Of a stretch of 64,000 bases of DNA, positions 27,950 through 37,025 are shown piece after piece. The notes below the pieces were generated by a model. It made no database searches. It had not been told where the DNA came from and saw only the letters and a list, made by a program, of their open reading frames with translations. The position numbers were made by a program, and so were the translations under genes. This DNA comes from Escherichia phage vB_EcoM_ESCO50: the sequence record OM386664.1. One strand, written 5' to 3'. The first letter of the stretch is position 1; each line of letters starts with the position of its first letter.

Positions 27950-27967
27950 TTTCGAATCCTACAGATG

Positions 27968-27989
27968 AAAAGAGCCTCCGAAGAGGCTC
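27968..27989 (-). terminator. Hairpin GAGCCUC-UUCG-GAGGCUC plus U-run upstream of nrdA
   Basis: Inverted repeat with tetraloop. Confidence 0.5.
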
Positions 27990-27995
27990 CCTAGT

Positions 27996-28334
27996 TTAAA
28001 TCTTGAAAATTTGCTCATTCTGCCACATATCGTAAAACTTATCGCTTACTTTTGTGACTGAAGAGGTGTGCATACAATTCAGGGAGAACCATGATGATGT
28101 ATTATCATTCATAAGTGTTTCAAGTTTTTGTGTAGCGTTCACATCCATGTCTGCAACAACGTAATTACCTCGCATCTTGCAAACAATTCTTCCAAACAAG
28201 ATTGCACTTCTGCCTCTTCGGTCATCACAGTACATAACTGTGTCCCCGTGCTTAACATCTTGTCCGATACTATCAACACCTAACTTAGCACCTGAGATGA
28301 TGTCATCATAAGATAGCTTTTTTGTTTTAGACAC
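27996..28334 (-). CDS. Hypothetical protein (112 aa)
   Basis: ORF. Confidence 0.5.
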   Translation of the reverse strand: MSKTKKLSYDDIISGAKLGVDSIGQDVKHGDTVMYCDDRRGRSAILFGRIVCKMRGNYVVADMDVNATQKLETLMNDNTSSWFSLNCMHTSSVTKVSDKFYDMWQNEQIFKI

Positions 28335-28659
28335 GGTATTTCTCCAAGTTTCTTTTCAGATACAGCCAACCATAGTCAGTCCTTTCTACACCCATAAAGA
28401 GCGGAGCCATCACAACTTTACCAAAAGTGTTCCTGTGTTGGCAGATTTCAAAAGAATACTCTTTCTCAATGTCAATCCCGTATTTGTACAGGACTGCTTT
28501 TAAAACTTGTTCATTATCCAGAAGTGTATCTGGAGTCTCACCATACTTTTCAAGTAACGGGTCATTCATAAACACCGTCATAGAAATATTGTAGTTTGAG
28601 AAGTGGCTCTTCTGAGCCACACCCTCTTTATTAATGTTCTGTGAATCCATTATAACCAA
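28327..28659 (-). CDS. Hypothetical protein (110 aa)
   Basis: ORF. Confidence 0.5.
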   Translation of the reverse strand: MVIMDSQNINKEGVAQKSHFSNYNISMTVFMNDPLLEKYGETPDTLLDNEQVLKAVLYKYGIDIEKEYSFEICQHRNTFGKVVMAPLFMGVERTDYGWLYLKRNLEKYRV

Positions 28660-29386
28660 CCCCTTTTAACCAGCACTTCAGGTTATTAGCATCATAATTA
28701 AGTTTCGGGTATGAGGTTACATGGAACTGTTCACCATCATAGTAGACAATATCTGCAATCCATAGTCCATTCTCTTTACAGAAGTCTTTATCTGCTTTAG
28801 AGGTAATTGGATTAACTTCTACAAAACCATCTACACCCAAATCCTTTAAGCTACCTACAAGACCTTTGCAGATAACGCATGTCTCAGATACTACCACAAA
28901 AAGTTCTTGGCTTTCAAGTTCTACAATGTATTCACCAAGCTGTACTTTAGGGAGATTCGATTGCTTCATAATCTTCCCATCTGCTGCACGAACAATCGCA
29001 TACCACTCTTTACTATCAACTACTGACATTCTGATAGTACACTCTTGACCAGTACGCTTTTCAATGTCTGCAAGACGTTTTAAAGCTTCTTCATAGTCAT
29101 CTGTGTACTTCAGGTCGTTATTATGGCAAACAGCTTCCATAGCACCATTATGGTCATGTTGTGACAGGTAAATCAAACCGTCAAGAACATATTGCAAATC
29201 TGCCTGAGCATCCAGTGTCTCAATGGGGTCTTTCTCTTCAATTGCTTTTACAAGCTCTTTTGCTTCTTCAAGCATACACAGAGATTGAGATTTTAAAGAT
29301 TCCCAATACTCATCACTATAAGGTTGCTTTTGAGTGTTCCCACAACGAAGGTTCCAGTTTTTTACTGATTCTCTTGAGTTAAACAT
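28631..29386 (-). CDS. Hypothetical protein (251 aa)
   Basis: ORF; no confident motif. Confidence 0.5.
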   Translation of the reverse strand: MFNSRESVKNWNLRCGNTQKQPYSDEYWESLKSQSLCMLEEAKELVKAIEEKDPIETLDAQADLQYVLDGLIYLSQHDHNGAMEAVCHNNDLKYTDDYEEALKRLADIEKRTGQECTIRMSVVDSKEWYAIVRAADGKIMKQSNLPKVQLGEYIVELESQELFVVVSETCVICKGLVGSLKDLGVDGFVEVNPITSKADKDFCKENGLWIADIVYYDGEQFHVTSYPKLNYDANNLKCWLKGVGYNGFTEH

Positions 29387-29625
29387 TCGGACTCCTTAAA
29401 ATATTTGTTAACCTTTAGCTCTCGTGTTTCAATATATTCTAGATGCTCACGTAGCTCTTGACGTTTAAGCATTAGGTGCTGTATTTGAGATTCAACAGCT
29501 TCAACTTCTTTAATTATTGACTCTCTAGCATTTGCAAGGATGCGCTCAAGTTCTTCAATCTTGCTGTCAACTTTCGCTACATGACTCGCAGCTTTGCTTT
29601 TGTTAAACATTTTATTCTCTCTCAA
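29362..29625 (-). CDS. Hypothetical coiled-coil protein (87 aa)
   Basis: ORF; heptad-like charged sequence. Confidence 0.45.
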   Translation of the reverse strand: MRENKMFNKSKAASHVAKVDSKIEELERILANARESIIKEVEAVESQIQHLMLKRQELREHLEYIETRELKVNKYFKESECLTQENQ

Positions 29626-29631
29626 TAGTTA

Positions 29632-30129
29632 TCAAGCACAATTTGCTTTCATTACCTTGTGGATTCTTTTTTCAGCATCTTCATAAGTTTCTTTAGTAAT
29701 AAACTTAATTGCTGCAATGTTGGCATTGTAGAAGAGTCTGAGCTTAGAGTCAATCCTTTTTGTCATTACATCGAATTTATGTTGAAGGTTTGCTTCACCA
29801 TAGACTAGACCGCCTTTTGTGTAGTAGGTCTGAATAATGTAAAAGTCAAAAAATTCTTTCCCAAAGCTCTCAATATCTTTTTTAATATACTCAGAAGAAG
29901 TCTCGTAAGTCAGCCAATCACTTTCCTTAGTGACTACCTTCTTCCGAGTCTTCCCAGCAACTTTTCTTTTGGTCACACTGTTAAGCTGTTTCTTTCCTAT
30001 ATAATATTGTCCAGTCTTCTTACAGTGTACTAAATAGACAAAGCCAAAATGTTTAGTGGGGTCAACTTCCCCACATAAAGATACCCAATGACCATAGGTG
30101 GGGCAATTGCCAAATCCTTTAATCTTCAT
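29632..30129 (-). CDS. GIY-YIG-type endonuclease-like protein
   Basis: GFVYLV...GQYYIGKK motif. Confidence 0.5.
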   Translation of the reverse strand: MKIKGFGNCPTYGHWVSLCGEVDPTKHFGFVYLVHCKKTGQYYIGKKQLNSVTKRKVAGKTRKKVVTKESDWLTYETSSEYIKKDIESFGKEFFDFYIIQTYYTKGGLVYGEANLQHKFDVMTKRIDSKLRLFYNANIAAIKFITKETYEDAEKRIHKVMKANCA

Positions 30130-31159
30130 TCATACACGGCTCCCAATTATATTTCTTGAAAGAGAAATCGTCTTTCTTATTTCTTTCCTGATAAGCTAAG
30201 AAAAAGTGTTGCTGCATTAACTCTAAGGGTGTTCTGGTAATTGTTTGACCATCCCACGAGACATAAGTGTACGACTCTTTCTTAGCATAAAGCTCATAAA
30301 TTGCATCAAGACACTCTTTGTAAGTGGTTTTACCTTCAAGGGCTTTCATTACAGTAGCCTTACCAACGCCCTTTAAACCAAAATAATTATCCGCGTTATC
30401 ACCAGCCACAGCTTGATAACAAAGGAATTTGAAACCTACACCAACTGTCTTCTTAGCTTTTGGTGTTGATTTTATTGGGCAATCCCAAATTTCACCAACG
30501 TTGTTATCAGCAATGAAAATCAAAGGTGACTTTTCATAGGTCATATCAATGCAGTAAGTCCCTTCAGCTTGGCGAAGGTCTTTATCAATACTCATTAAGG
30601 CAGCCTTTTTACCCATCTTTTCAGCTTTAGCAATAACGATAGAGTCAGCTTCAAATCCATCAAGAATTAGTTTGAACTCTGGTCTTGACAGAAGATATTC
30701 ACGACAAGCAACTAAGTGTGTTGGTGTGACAGCATTTTTGCGGTTACCTTGATATTGGTGCTCAAGACCTTTAATGTCTTTATGCTTATGCACACCTTTC
30801 TCTGTTAAATAGCCTACCCAAGTTCTCTCTTTACCAACAACCTTAAGCCATTCCTGAAGCACCTGTTGAGTAGCCATGATAGCTTCTTTTTCACTCTTAG
30901 CTTCTTTCCAAGTCTGTCTTTCCCATTCATCTTCATCAAATGTCAGGCCAAGCTCTTCCACAAGGATTCTCTGGTCTGCTAACCATCTTGCAGCATCTTT
31001 CGCATTATCAAATGGCTCAGACTCTTCTGCTGTGAGTTTATTGACGTATTTATATTTTGCTTTCTCAACTACACAAGCACCTTTATAGGCAATACTGTCA
31101 GAGTCAATAAAGACGTGTGTAACTGAATCGGGAAGTTTTGTTAATGTGTACTTCTCCAT
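30119..31159 (-). CDS. 5'-3' exonuclease / flap endonuclease (FEN family)
   Basis: H3TH motif AGDNADNYFGLKGVGKAT; N-terminal acidic cluster VFIDSDSIAYKGA. Confidence 0.75.
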   Translation of the reverse strand: MEKYTLTKLPDSVTHVFIDSDSIAYKGACVVEKAKYKYVNKLTAEESEPFDNAKDAARWLADQRILVEELGLTFDEDEWERQTWKEAKSEKEAIMATQQVLQEWLKVVGKERTWVGYLTEKGVHKHKDIKGLEHQYQGNRKNAVTPTHLVACREYLLSRPEFKLILDGFEADSIVIAKAEKMGKKAALMSIDKDLRQAEGTYCIDMTYEKSPLIFIADNNVGEIWDCPIKSTPKAKKTVGVGFKFLCYQAVAGDNADNYFGLKGVGKATVMKALEGKTTYKECLDAIYELYAKKESYTYVSWDGQTITRTPLELMQQHFFLAYQERNKKDDFSFKKYNWEPCMNED

Positions 31160-31175
31160 TATGGCTCTCCATATG

Positions 31176-31210
31176 AAAAAGCCCCATACTGAGTACAGGG
31201 CTTTAAAGTA
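31176..31210 (-). terminator. Imperfect hairpin (AGCCC..GGGCU around a TACT/AGTA core) followed by U-run, between SSB and exonuclease genes
   Basis: Inverted repeat plus A-run; weaker than the others. Confidence 0.35.
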
Positions 31211-31221
31211 ACTTTTAGAGA

Positions 31222-32076
31222 TTAGTCTTCTGTATCGAAGTCTTCATCTTCTTCGTCATCTGGGTCTGGCAAATCTTCTTCATCATCATCAGAATCATTC
31301 GAAGGTTTGTGGTCTGTTGCGTCTTCTTCAGTGATTTCACCGTTATCTTCAACACCATCAAGACCAAGCATAGCCAGTTCATCTTCATCCAGTTCAGGTT
31401 CACCATTAGCACCGTTACCACCAGCGTAAGGTACAAGAGTATCAATGATAAACTGTTCCTGAATAGGTTTTGTCAGAACATTGTTCTCAAAAGTGTAGAA
31501 GTGAGTAGAAAGAATCACACTACCAAAAGAACCGTTACCAACTGCAATATCTGGATGAATTACATCATAGTTCTTGTCATCTTCATGTTTATCAGATGCT
31601 TGAGCTTTGATTTTCTTCATCGGCTGTTTAACAGCTACACGCTTACCATTTACTTCTTCAATCAGCATTACAGGGAATGACTGTTTAGCTGTCCATACAG
31701 CACCATCTTTATAAGCTGCTGCACGACTTACTTTCAAGATGTGGTAAGTGTCTGCTTCAAAAGGTGGTTTACAACCAAACTTCTCTTCGAAGTCATCTGC
31801 ATCAACTGCTTCAGTAGTGACTTTATCCCAACCTTCTGGGTTCTTCTTAGACTTAGTAAACTCTTTAAATAGTTTGTTACCGTCTTCTGCCAGAATTGAT
31901 ACGCTGTAGTTACAGTCTTTGCCTGGGAATTTCTTATCAATAGACTTACCTTTCCCCGGACGTGGTGAAGTGTTCAGGTAATAAAACCAGACATCTTTCA
32001 GCAGGTAACGCAGAGTTTGACGTTCAGTACCATTGTACTTCTCTACCGGAGCTTTCATTTTAACAACTTTAGACAT
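31222..32076 (-). CDS. Single-stranded DNA-binding protein (T7 gp2.5-like) with acidic C-terminal tail
   Basis: C-terminus ...DDEEDLPDPDDEEDEDFDTED; position in replication module; own promoter. Confidence 0.55.
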   Translation of the reverse strand: MSKVVKMKAPVEKYNGTERQTLRYLLKDVWFYYLNTSPRPGKGKSIDKKFPGKDCNYSVSILAEDGNKLFKEFTKSKKNPEGWDKVTTEAVDADDFEEKFGCKPPFEADTYHILKVSRAAAYKDGAVWTAKQSFPVMLIEEVNGKRVAVKQPMKKIKAQASDKHEDDKNYDVIHPDIAVGNGSFGSVILSTHFYTFENNVLTKPIQEQFIIDTLVPYAGGNGANGEPELDEDELAMLGLDGVEDNGEITEEDATDHKPSNDSDDDEEDLPDPDDEEDEDFDTED

Positions 32077-32113
32077 TATTTTAAACCTCTATCTCAATTT
32101 ATGAAGAGTACCA

Positions 32114-32142
32114 ATTCTAATTTGTTGACACTCTATTGTCAA
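32114..32142 (-). promoter_or_regulatory. Sigma70-like promoter TTGACA-N17-TAGAAT upstream of the SSB gene
   Basis: Consensus -35 and 17-nt spacer read on minus strand. Confidence 0.6.
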
Positions 32143-32149
32143 ATACTAA

Positions 32150-32299
32150 TTACTGGAAGTTGTGCTTATCTTTAGAAGCTGCTTTACGTGCAGTTTTTCC
32201 AGTTCTTACACGTTTTTCTTCATAGTATTTTGCTGGTTTTCCAGCAGTGGCTTTTAAGGAATCCCCAAAAACTTTTTCAAATGCTTTAGAGTGTTTCAT
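32150..32299 (-). CDS. Small Lys-rich protein (~49 aa; MKHSKAFEKVFGDSLKATAGKPAKYYEEKRVRTGKTARKAASKDKHNFQ), absent from the >=60 aa track
   Basis: Hand-translated; GGAG RBS ~7 nt upstream of ATG; coordinates approximate. Confidence 0.35.
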   Translation of the reverse strand: MKHSKAFEKVFGDSLKATAGKPAKYYEEKRVRTGKTARKAASKDKHNFQ

Positions 32300-32551
32300 G
32301 ATATTCTCCGATATACTTGATATTCAAACACGTTTTCTTTCATTATAAACAGCCAACTAATATTATGCTGAGGCAGCGAAATAATGACTGTAATCATGCT
32401 TTGGTGGAAATCCTCTTTTGCCTCAACTTCCCCATCGCATTTCATGAGGAGCATTCTATAGAACCTATCAAGCTTTGTCAAACACTCTTCCTGAAATTTA
32501 TTTAAACTTTTTTCTTCAAAGAAGGGTGTGAACCCCTCTCTTTTATAACTA

Positions 32552-34543
32552 TCACTCAGTTTCGAACGGGCAGTCATCTGCATCCTCACTTAATACAGGT
32601 GGAATCGTTGAGCTTTGACGCTGCTCTTCAGTATAGACTTCACCAGTATCACGGTCAAACACTTCATCCTCATAATGTGGCAAAGAGTCATCGTAATGGT
32701 CTTCAGCTTCACCAATGCCAAACTGTTGGCGAATATTTTCTGCTGCACCATCAATGTCAACTCCGCAACCAGATGCTTTGATAAGACGCCCTGTATCTGG
32801 ATTGTACCAAGTATGACCAGCAATACCCGTTGACTTACCATGACGACGACATTTAGTTAACTTGATTTTTGTCAAGTTTTTCTTAACAGGGTCTGGGTCA
32901 ACCTTGTTACGCATTAACAGAATGTTGTTCATAGAAATCTGGAAATACGCACCAGAACCTTTAATATCCTCTTCAGAGATATCCCCACCTTCAGAGTTAG
33001 CCTTCTGACCACCTGCACTCTTACGAACGTGACAGACGTTTACCTGTGCATACTGGTAGCGTTTGCAACGGCGCAATAGCTCAGACAAAACTTCCTCTTC
33101 ATCCGTATCTGAACGTGATAGAGCCAACGTAATAGGGTCAAGAATAATAATCTTACAATCTAAACTATTAACAAGATAGTCAACAAACTCCAGCAAGTTA
33201 TCTTGGTCAATTGCCCCTTGATGGTCTACGATGTGGATACGACGACCTTTAGATAGTTCTGCGTGTGCTTCCTTCAATTCATCCCAATCACGTTCGTCAT
33301 AAGGAATCTCAGAAATCTGCTTGCTCAGGTGGATTGCACAGAGCATCTCCATCAACTCTTCATAGGTATCTTCTACAGGAATTACACCAATGTTGTAATC
33401 GGTATCTTTCCAAGCAGTATAAATCATTTCACGAGTGTATGCAGATTTACCCACTGAAGATGGTGCTGCCAGAGTTGTAATCTCACCTAAACCATAACCA
33501 CCATAAGTCAGCCTGTTCAAATCTCCGAAAGACTCTGGGAAAGGAATCAATGGAATCTGACCACGATTCTTCATTGCCTCAAAACCATCTGCGAAGTTCT
33601 TGATACCAGCAGGACAGTAACGAGGTGCATTGTAGATACGCTGCTTAAACCCTTCCAGAACTGTATCTTTCTCTTTATAGAACTTTGTCCACCACTCGTT
33701 AAGGTCTTTTACACCCTCTGGATACTGGAATAAACGAACCTTCTCAATAGGTAGGATACCAGCAGCCTCTTTAGTGGCTTTAGCACCTGCTTCATCGTTA
33801 TCAAAGCACAGGTAAATTTCATCAAATGATGTAATGTACTGATAGTTATCTTTGATAGACTTAATGTTTGCACCTGATGGAACAGATACGTGACAGTAAT
33901 TCTTACGACGAGACTTATCCTTAATCGCCAAAGAAGTCATATAGATTGCTGTCGCACATTCCATCTCACCTTCCCAGATGAATAGACGGTTACCACCTTC
34001 TGGAGCAATCCATGAACCGAACATTGCCAGTTCACCTTTAATGTCTCCAACGCCACCAGAAAAGTCTTTTAACTTACCACGTAGGTGCTCTTTTGGATGG
34101 TCTTCTGGGTAACGGTGACGAACACGGTAGCCAACATGCTCTAGCTTGCCATCTTCATTACGTTTGTAAGTTGGATAGAAGTGCGCATCAATTTCACCGT
34201 CACTGTCAATGTCAACCTTGATACCTAAGCGTTCAAGGACTTTTGCAGGAATCTTCCTGTCCTTTAAGTCCATTGCTTCTAGGTTTTCTTTCACATCGTC
34301 TAAATCCATCCCACGGAAAGTACGGTTTTTATTGTCTGAACCAGTAGAATAAGTGCTCACGATTTGTCCTTTATCAAAATCCCACTCTGGGAAACCTTTG
34401 TTACAACTAAAGCAAGTCATCGAATAAGAATCATCGTCATGATGATAGATTGAACCAGCATCTGATGAACCACAACGTGGACATGCACAATGACCAATAA
34501 ACTGACCAGCCTCTTTCAATTTACGACCTTTAGACATTAGCAC
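32552..34543 (-). CDS. Bifunctional DNA primase-helicase (T7 gp4-like)
   Basis: N-terminal zinc ribbon CACPRCG...CFSCNKG, TOPRIM LCFDNDEAG, Walker A GKSAYTRE. Confidence 0.85.
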   Translation of the reverse strand: MLMSKGRKLKEAGQFIGHCACPRCGSSDAGSIYHHDDDSYSMTCFSCNKGFPEWDFDKGQIVSTYSTGSDNKNRTFRGMDLDDVKENLEAMDLKDRKIPAKVLERLGIKVDIDSDGEIDAHFYPTYKRNEDGKLEHVGYRVRHRYPEDHPKEHLRGKLKDFSGGVGDIKGELAMFGSWIAPEGGNRLFIWEGEMECATAIYMTSLAIKDKSRRKNYCHVSVPSGANIKSIKDNYQYITSFDEIYLCFDNDEAGAKATKEAAGILPIEKVRLFQYPEGVKDLNEWWTKFYKEKDTVLEGFKQRIYNAPRYCPAGIKNFADGFEAMKNRGQIPLIPFPESFGDLNRLTYGGYGLGEITTLAAPSSVGKSAYTREMIYTAWKDTDYNIGVIPVEDTYEELMEMLCAIHLSKQISEIPYDERDWDELKEAHAELSKGRRIHIVDHQGAIDQDNLLEFVDYLVNSLDCKIIILDPITLALSRSDTDEEEVLSELLRRCKRYQYAQVNVCHVRKSAGGQKANSEGGDISEEDIKGSGAYFQISMNNILLMRNKVDPDPVKKNLTKIKLTKCRRHGKSTGIAGHTWYNPDTGRLIKASGCGVDIDGAAENIRQQFGIGEAEDHYDDSLPHYEDEVFDRDTGEVYTEEQRQSSTIPPVLSEDADDCPFETE

Positions 34544-34730
34544 CTCTTCGTTGTAGTTCTGCTTTTAAGCCATTTTCAATCTTGTTCAGTTCATGAATTT
34601 CATCTGCAATCTCTTTCCTTCGTGATTCAACTCTCTTAAGACGTTCAATCATTACCTCATTGGAAAGAGATGAGAGTTCCACTAAACGGTGGTCAATAAC
34701 TTTAAAATTGTCTTTCACTCCCATCTTCAT
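34530..34730 (-). CDS. Hypothetical coiled-coil protein (66 aa)
   Basis: ORF. Confidence 0.45.
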   Translation of the reverse strand: MKMGVKDNFKVIDHRLVELSSLSNEVMIERLKRVESRRKEIADEIHELNKIENGLKAELQRRGANV

Positions 34731-34738
34731 TCTCTCTT

Positions 34739-35482
34739 TTAAATCTTCAGGATAGCTCTTAGCTTGCCCTCAAGGTCTTCAATAGTACCATTATTATGAA
34801 TAATGTCACGCTCATATTTTGTAGAAATGCCATTTTCTGAAACATGTGATGAAACTTTGTCCACATTGTCTCTTTTTACTTCAATAGTTTGGTGTGCAAA
34901 TCTGCTCAACCACTCAGCTTCAGAGTCAAATCTTAAATCACTGATTAAAACAACGCCTTCTTGATTTCTAAGTGAGCAAACGTCAAAGAAATTTACCATT
35001 CGTTTTTCAAGGTCTTTAGCCCAGAACTTGTCACCCATAACTTTACGGATAACTTCAGTGCCCCAAATCTGTTGAATTTGTCTTGATGAGAATTTATACT
35101 TTTTACTAAATCCCAGACGTGTTAATAGAGTCGGTTTAGCAACCTTCTTAAGCTCCATGATTAAGCGTCCTGTCAATTCCGACACAAGTTTAAAGTCCGT
35201 GTGATAACGTTCACCTTTGAAGGTGAACTCCGTAGCTTCGGTAACTTTTAACATTAGTTCAGGATATGATAAGTCAAAAACCTGTGGAGTCTCTTTAGTT
35301 TCACCATACAGGTCATTCCAAGTCAAGTCAAATATCTTTGATGCAGATAGTTTAAGGTTGTCTGCAAAGGCCATTACTTCAACATTGTAGCCATACTCAT
35401 CCTCTAAGATGTTCTTCACAATAGAACATGAGGTGTCTTTTCCAGAACGTGCCTTTCCAGTAAATGCAATGATTTTACTCAT
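34739..35482 (-). CDS. P-loop nucleotide kinase, likely dNMP kinase
   Basis: N-terminal P-loop IIAFTGKARSGKDT, reminiscent of T4 gp1. Confidence 0.55.
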   Translation of the reverse strand: MSKIIAFTGKARSGKDTSCSIVKNILEDEYGYNVEVMAFADNLKLSASKIFDLTWNDLYGETKETPQVFDLSYPELMLKVTEATEFTFKGERYHTDFKLVSELTGRLIMELKKVAKPTLLTRLGFSKKYKFSSRQIQQIWGTEVIRKVMGDKFWAKDLEKRMVNFFDVCSLRNQEGVVLISDLRFDSEAEWLSRFAHQTIEVKRDNVDKVSSHVSENGISTKYERDIIHNNGTIEDLEGKLRAILKI

Positions 35483-35543
35483 TTTATCTCCCTTAATTAC
35501 TAAAAAGCCCCCAACTAAGGAGGCTTGTAAAATTTATAAAGAC

Positions 35544-36344
35544 TTAGTGCAGTTGCTCAGCAGACTCTTTTTCAGCCATAGCTGAGAGTTGCTTCACAAA
35601 ATCATCACCGAAGTTAATGCGAAGTTTCTCTTCAATGATTGAAGCACCAATGTTCACCAAAACATCATTGATTGCTTGCATACTAACACCACCAGTCATC
35701 TCCTCAATGAACTCCATACTCACACCCATCACCTGTGAAAGTTGGATTAGTGCAACGATATTCATCATTGTAGAGATAGCTGGAATCATCAGTGCAACTT
35801 TCACCTGAAGTGGCTCTATATCAGCTACAGAGTCATTCTCAACAGCTTCTTCCAAAGACTCTTTGGTTTGCTGGATAATCTCTTTGATTCGTGGGTTTAA
35901 TTCCTCTACGCCCCAATCAAGCTTTTCATATCGTGACAGCTTTTCTTCCATACGCTTCTCAAGAACAGCCATAACAGCACTCGTTGATGAGATAAGCGTA
36001 TCAATAATGAAATCAGTGTCCTTAGTCAGCAGTAGTTCCTTATCTTCGTCTGACATCCTGATATAGTCATTCTTTTGCATTTCATAAAAAATGAACTCAG
36101 CAAGTGCATCAACACCAACCGCAATAGATGCCAGAGCAAGTGTAGTGTCTGTCAACATCATGTTAACCTGTTCTGCAAAAGCACCGTTATCAGACTTGTC
36201 TTTAGGCAGATTGTAGCTTGCAGGCATAAACTGTTCTGTGTAGTTGTTACCACGAAGAATCATAGCCATGCTTTCTACGGCATTGATTAAGAACGCTTCG
36301 TCAATACCCTTTTCTTCAAGCATCTTTTCTACATCGATATTCAT
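35544..36344 (-). CDS. Hypothetical protein (266 aa)
   Basis: ORF. Confidence 0.5.
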   Translation of the reverse strand: MNIDVEKMLEEKGIDEAFLINAVESMAMILRGNNYTEQFMPASYNLPKDKSDNGAFAEQVNMMLTDTTLALASIAVGVDALAEFIFYEMQKNDYIRMSDEDKELLLTKDTDFIIDTLISSTSAVMAVLEKRMEEKLSRYEKLDWGVEELNPRIKEIIQQTKESLEEAVENDSVADIEPLQVKVALMIPAISTMMNIVALIQLSQVMGVSMEFIEEMTGGVSMQAINDVLVNIGASIIEEKLRINFGDDFVKQLSAMAEKESAEQLH

Positions 36345-36345
36345 A

Positions 36346-36768
36346 TTATTTCTCTCTCAGTTGGTTAAGTTTCTTTCTAGAACATTTTAAGTTTTCTGAT
36401 GAAGAAAAGTCAAGTGTCTTTTCAGAACGTGGATAATAGTGCCTATCCCAAGAAGTTTCAACATCATTAATCAGTGACGCTAGATTACACAGGTCTGTAC
36501 CACTTTGCAACCTCTTTTTAAGAGAATCTAGTAAAGCAACTGTGTCTTTAGCTTTACGTCTCGCTGTAGCAACATCTTTCATATGCTCAAATACAGAGCA
36601 TTTTAAGTCATCTTCATAGTTTTCAGATAACTCTATTTCATGTTGTATATCAACCATTCTCCTGTGATGGTGAGCATATTCCCGTTGAGCAGCAATGTCA
36701 AGTTCTTCCAACTTCTGCAAAGCTCTAACAAAGTCAGCTATGTCTGGGTGAACAAACATTTTCTGCAT
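36346..36768 (-). CDS. Hypothetical protein (140 aa)
   Basis: ORF. Confidence 0.5.
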   Translation of the reverse strand: MQKMFVHPDIADFVRALQKLEELDIAAQREYAHHHRRMVDIQHEIELSENYEDDLKCSVFEHMKDVATARRKAKDTVALLDSLKKRLQSGTDLCNLASLINDVETSWDRHYYPRSEKTLDFSSSENLKCSRKKLNQLREK

Positions 36769-37025
36769 GTAAGCCTCTTTTAAGTAACTATTAAGTTTTA
36801 ATCTTTTATCTTAACGTATTCTATACGTTATACTTTAAAGCTTTTTAAAAACTATTAAATAGTCTTTTAAGAGTTTTAAAGTATCTGTATAGTTAAACTG
36901 TTAAGTAACCTTTTAAGTAAAAACCCACTTCGCAAAGATTAACACCTTGTCAAGTACATTGTCAACTTGCTTTTTATAATTTTTTACAGTAATGTATGAG
37001 ATTAATGATTTAAGAGGGAGTAAAA
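36769..37025. promoter_or_regulatory. AT-rich divergent intergenic region with TTAAGTAA(C) direct repeats and TTGTCAA elements between minus-strand genes and the DNA polymerase
   Basis: Strand switch here; repeats and promoter-like elements read from sequence. Confidence 0.45.

Noticed and set aside
27941-27962. tRNA-like T-arm sequence TTCGAATCC
   Set aside because: No flanking acceptor or anticodon stem could be built; it lies in the nrdA leader next to a terminator hairpin.
32296-32589. 97 aa minus-strand ORF overlapping the 3' end of the primase-helicase gene
   Set aside because: Its start lies inside the primase-helicase coding region with no RBS, and its 3' end conflicts with the better-supported small basic ORF; probably spurious, though an internal start cannot be excluded.
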